DNA of 62,976 bases, filler included, from Octopus bimaculoides (Eukaryota), in the NCBI RefSeq assembly GCF_001194135.2. It is 8 parts of 7 records of this genome, joined end to end, with 100 filler letters (N's around TTAATTAATTAA, not from the genome) between each part and the next. Parts side by side here need not be neighbours in the genome. Positions count along the whole stretch, not along the records: positions 61,123 to 62,976 come from NW_026415828.1; 7 more parts are not named here. One strand, written 5' to 3'. Below are positions 62,708 through 62,976 of this stretch, piece after piece. The notes beneath the pieces are model-generated. The model ran no database searches. It was not told the origin of the DNA and was given only the letters and a program-made list of their open reading frames with translations. Numbering within the stretch: the stretch's first letter is position 1; each line of letters opens with the position of its first letter. The position numbers were made by a program, and so were the translations under genes.

Positions 62708-62745
62708 CTGTCCGATGAACGGGAATGTGAAACTCAGAGTAACGG
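62708..62745 (+). ncRNA. Decayed minimal hammerhead motif
   Basis: CUGU CCGAUGA acgggaaugu GAAA CUC-a-GAG U A ACGG. Stems I and III are intact, U4 is mutated to C and stem II is degenerate. Confidence 0.5.
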
Positions 62746-62976
62746 TTTTTTTGTTATATTTCTGCTGCTTTTAAATAAAGCATATTACTCTACCTCTGGT
62801 ATTTGAGTACTCTTTTTTCCACTTTGTTGCACATTTCGTGTGCTTACTCCGGTATATATATATATATATTAATAGTTATTGCCAAGCCAACATGGCGGTC
62901 CAAAAAATAGAACGAATGCTGCCGTTGATTAGCTCCAAGAAGCCATTGCCTCTAGCTAGCTATGTGACACACGAAT

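Overview
AT-rich, gap-riddled eukaryotic draft-assembly DNA with roughly 9 kb of Ns and dense (TA)n/(CA)n/(TAT)n/(CAT)n microsatellites. The repeat content points to an octopus/cephalopod genome; that is inference from recall, not a database search. I found no confidently identifiable host protein-coding gene, tRNA, rRNA or CRISPR array. The window is mostly decayed mobile elements: about eight Penelope-like (PLE) RT/GIY-YIG fragments of several lineages, with about a dozen minimal hammerhead-ribozyme motifs; R4/Dong-type, RTE and CR1/L2-type LINE fragments; at least four SINE families; a full-length mariner with TIRs and TA TSD; a near-complete pogo/Tigger transposase; and a probable piggyBac relic. 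The most unusual structures are (1) a 202-bp spacer-less palindrome with nested mini-hairpins inside a SINE, (2) a MITE-like family whose termini enclose a telomeric (TTAGGG/TCAGGG) array in one copy, (3) an RTE copy with twin-priming-type 5' inversion, (4) a 67-nt pre-miRNA-like hairpin and (5) an orphan exon-like open segment. Boundaries of degraded elements are approximate (tens of bp), and all family assignments were made by eye from translated motifs.
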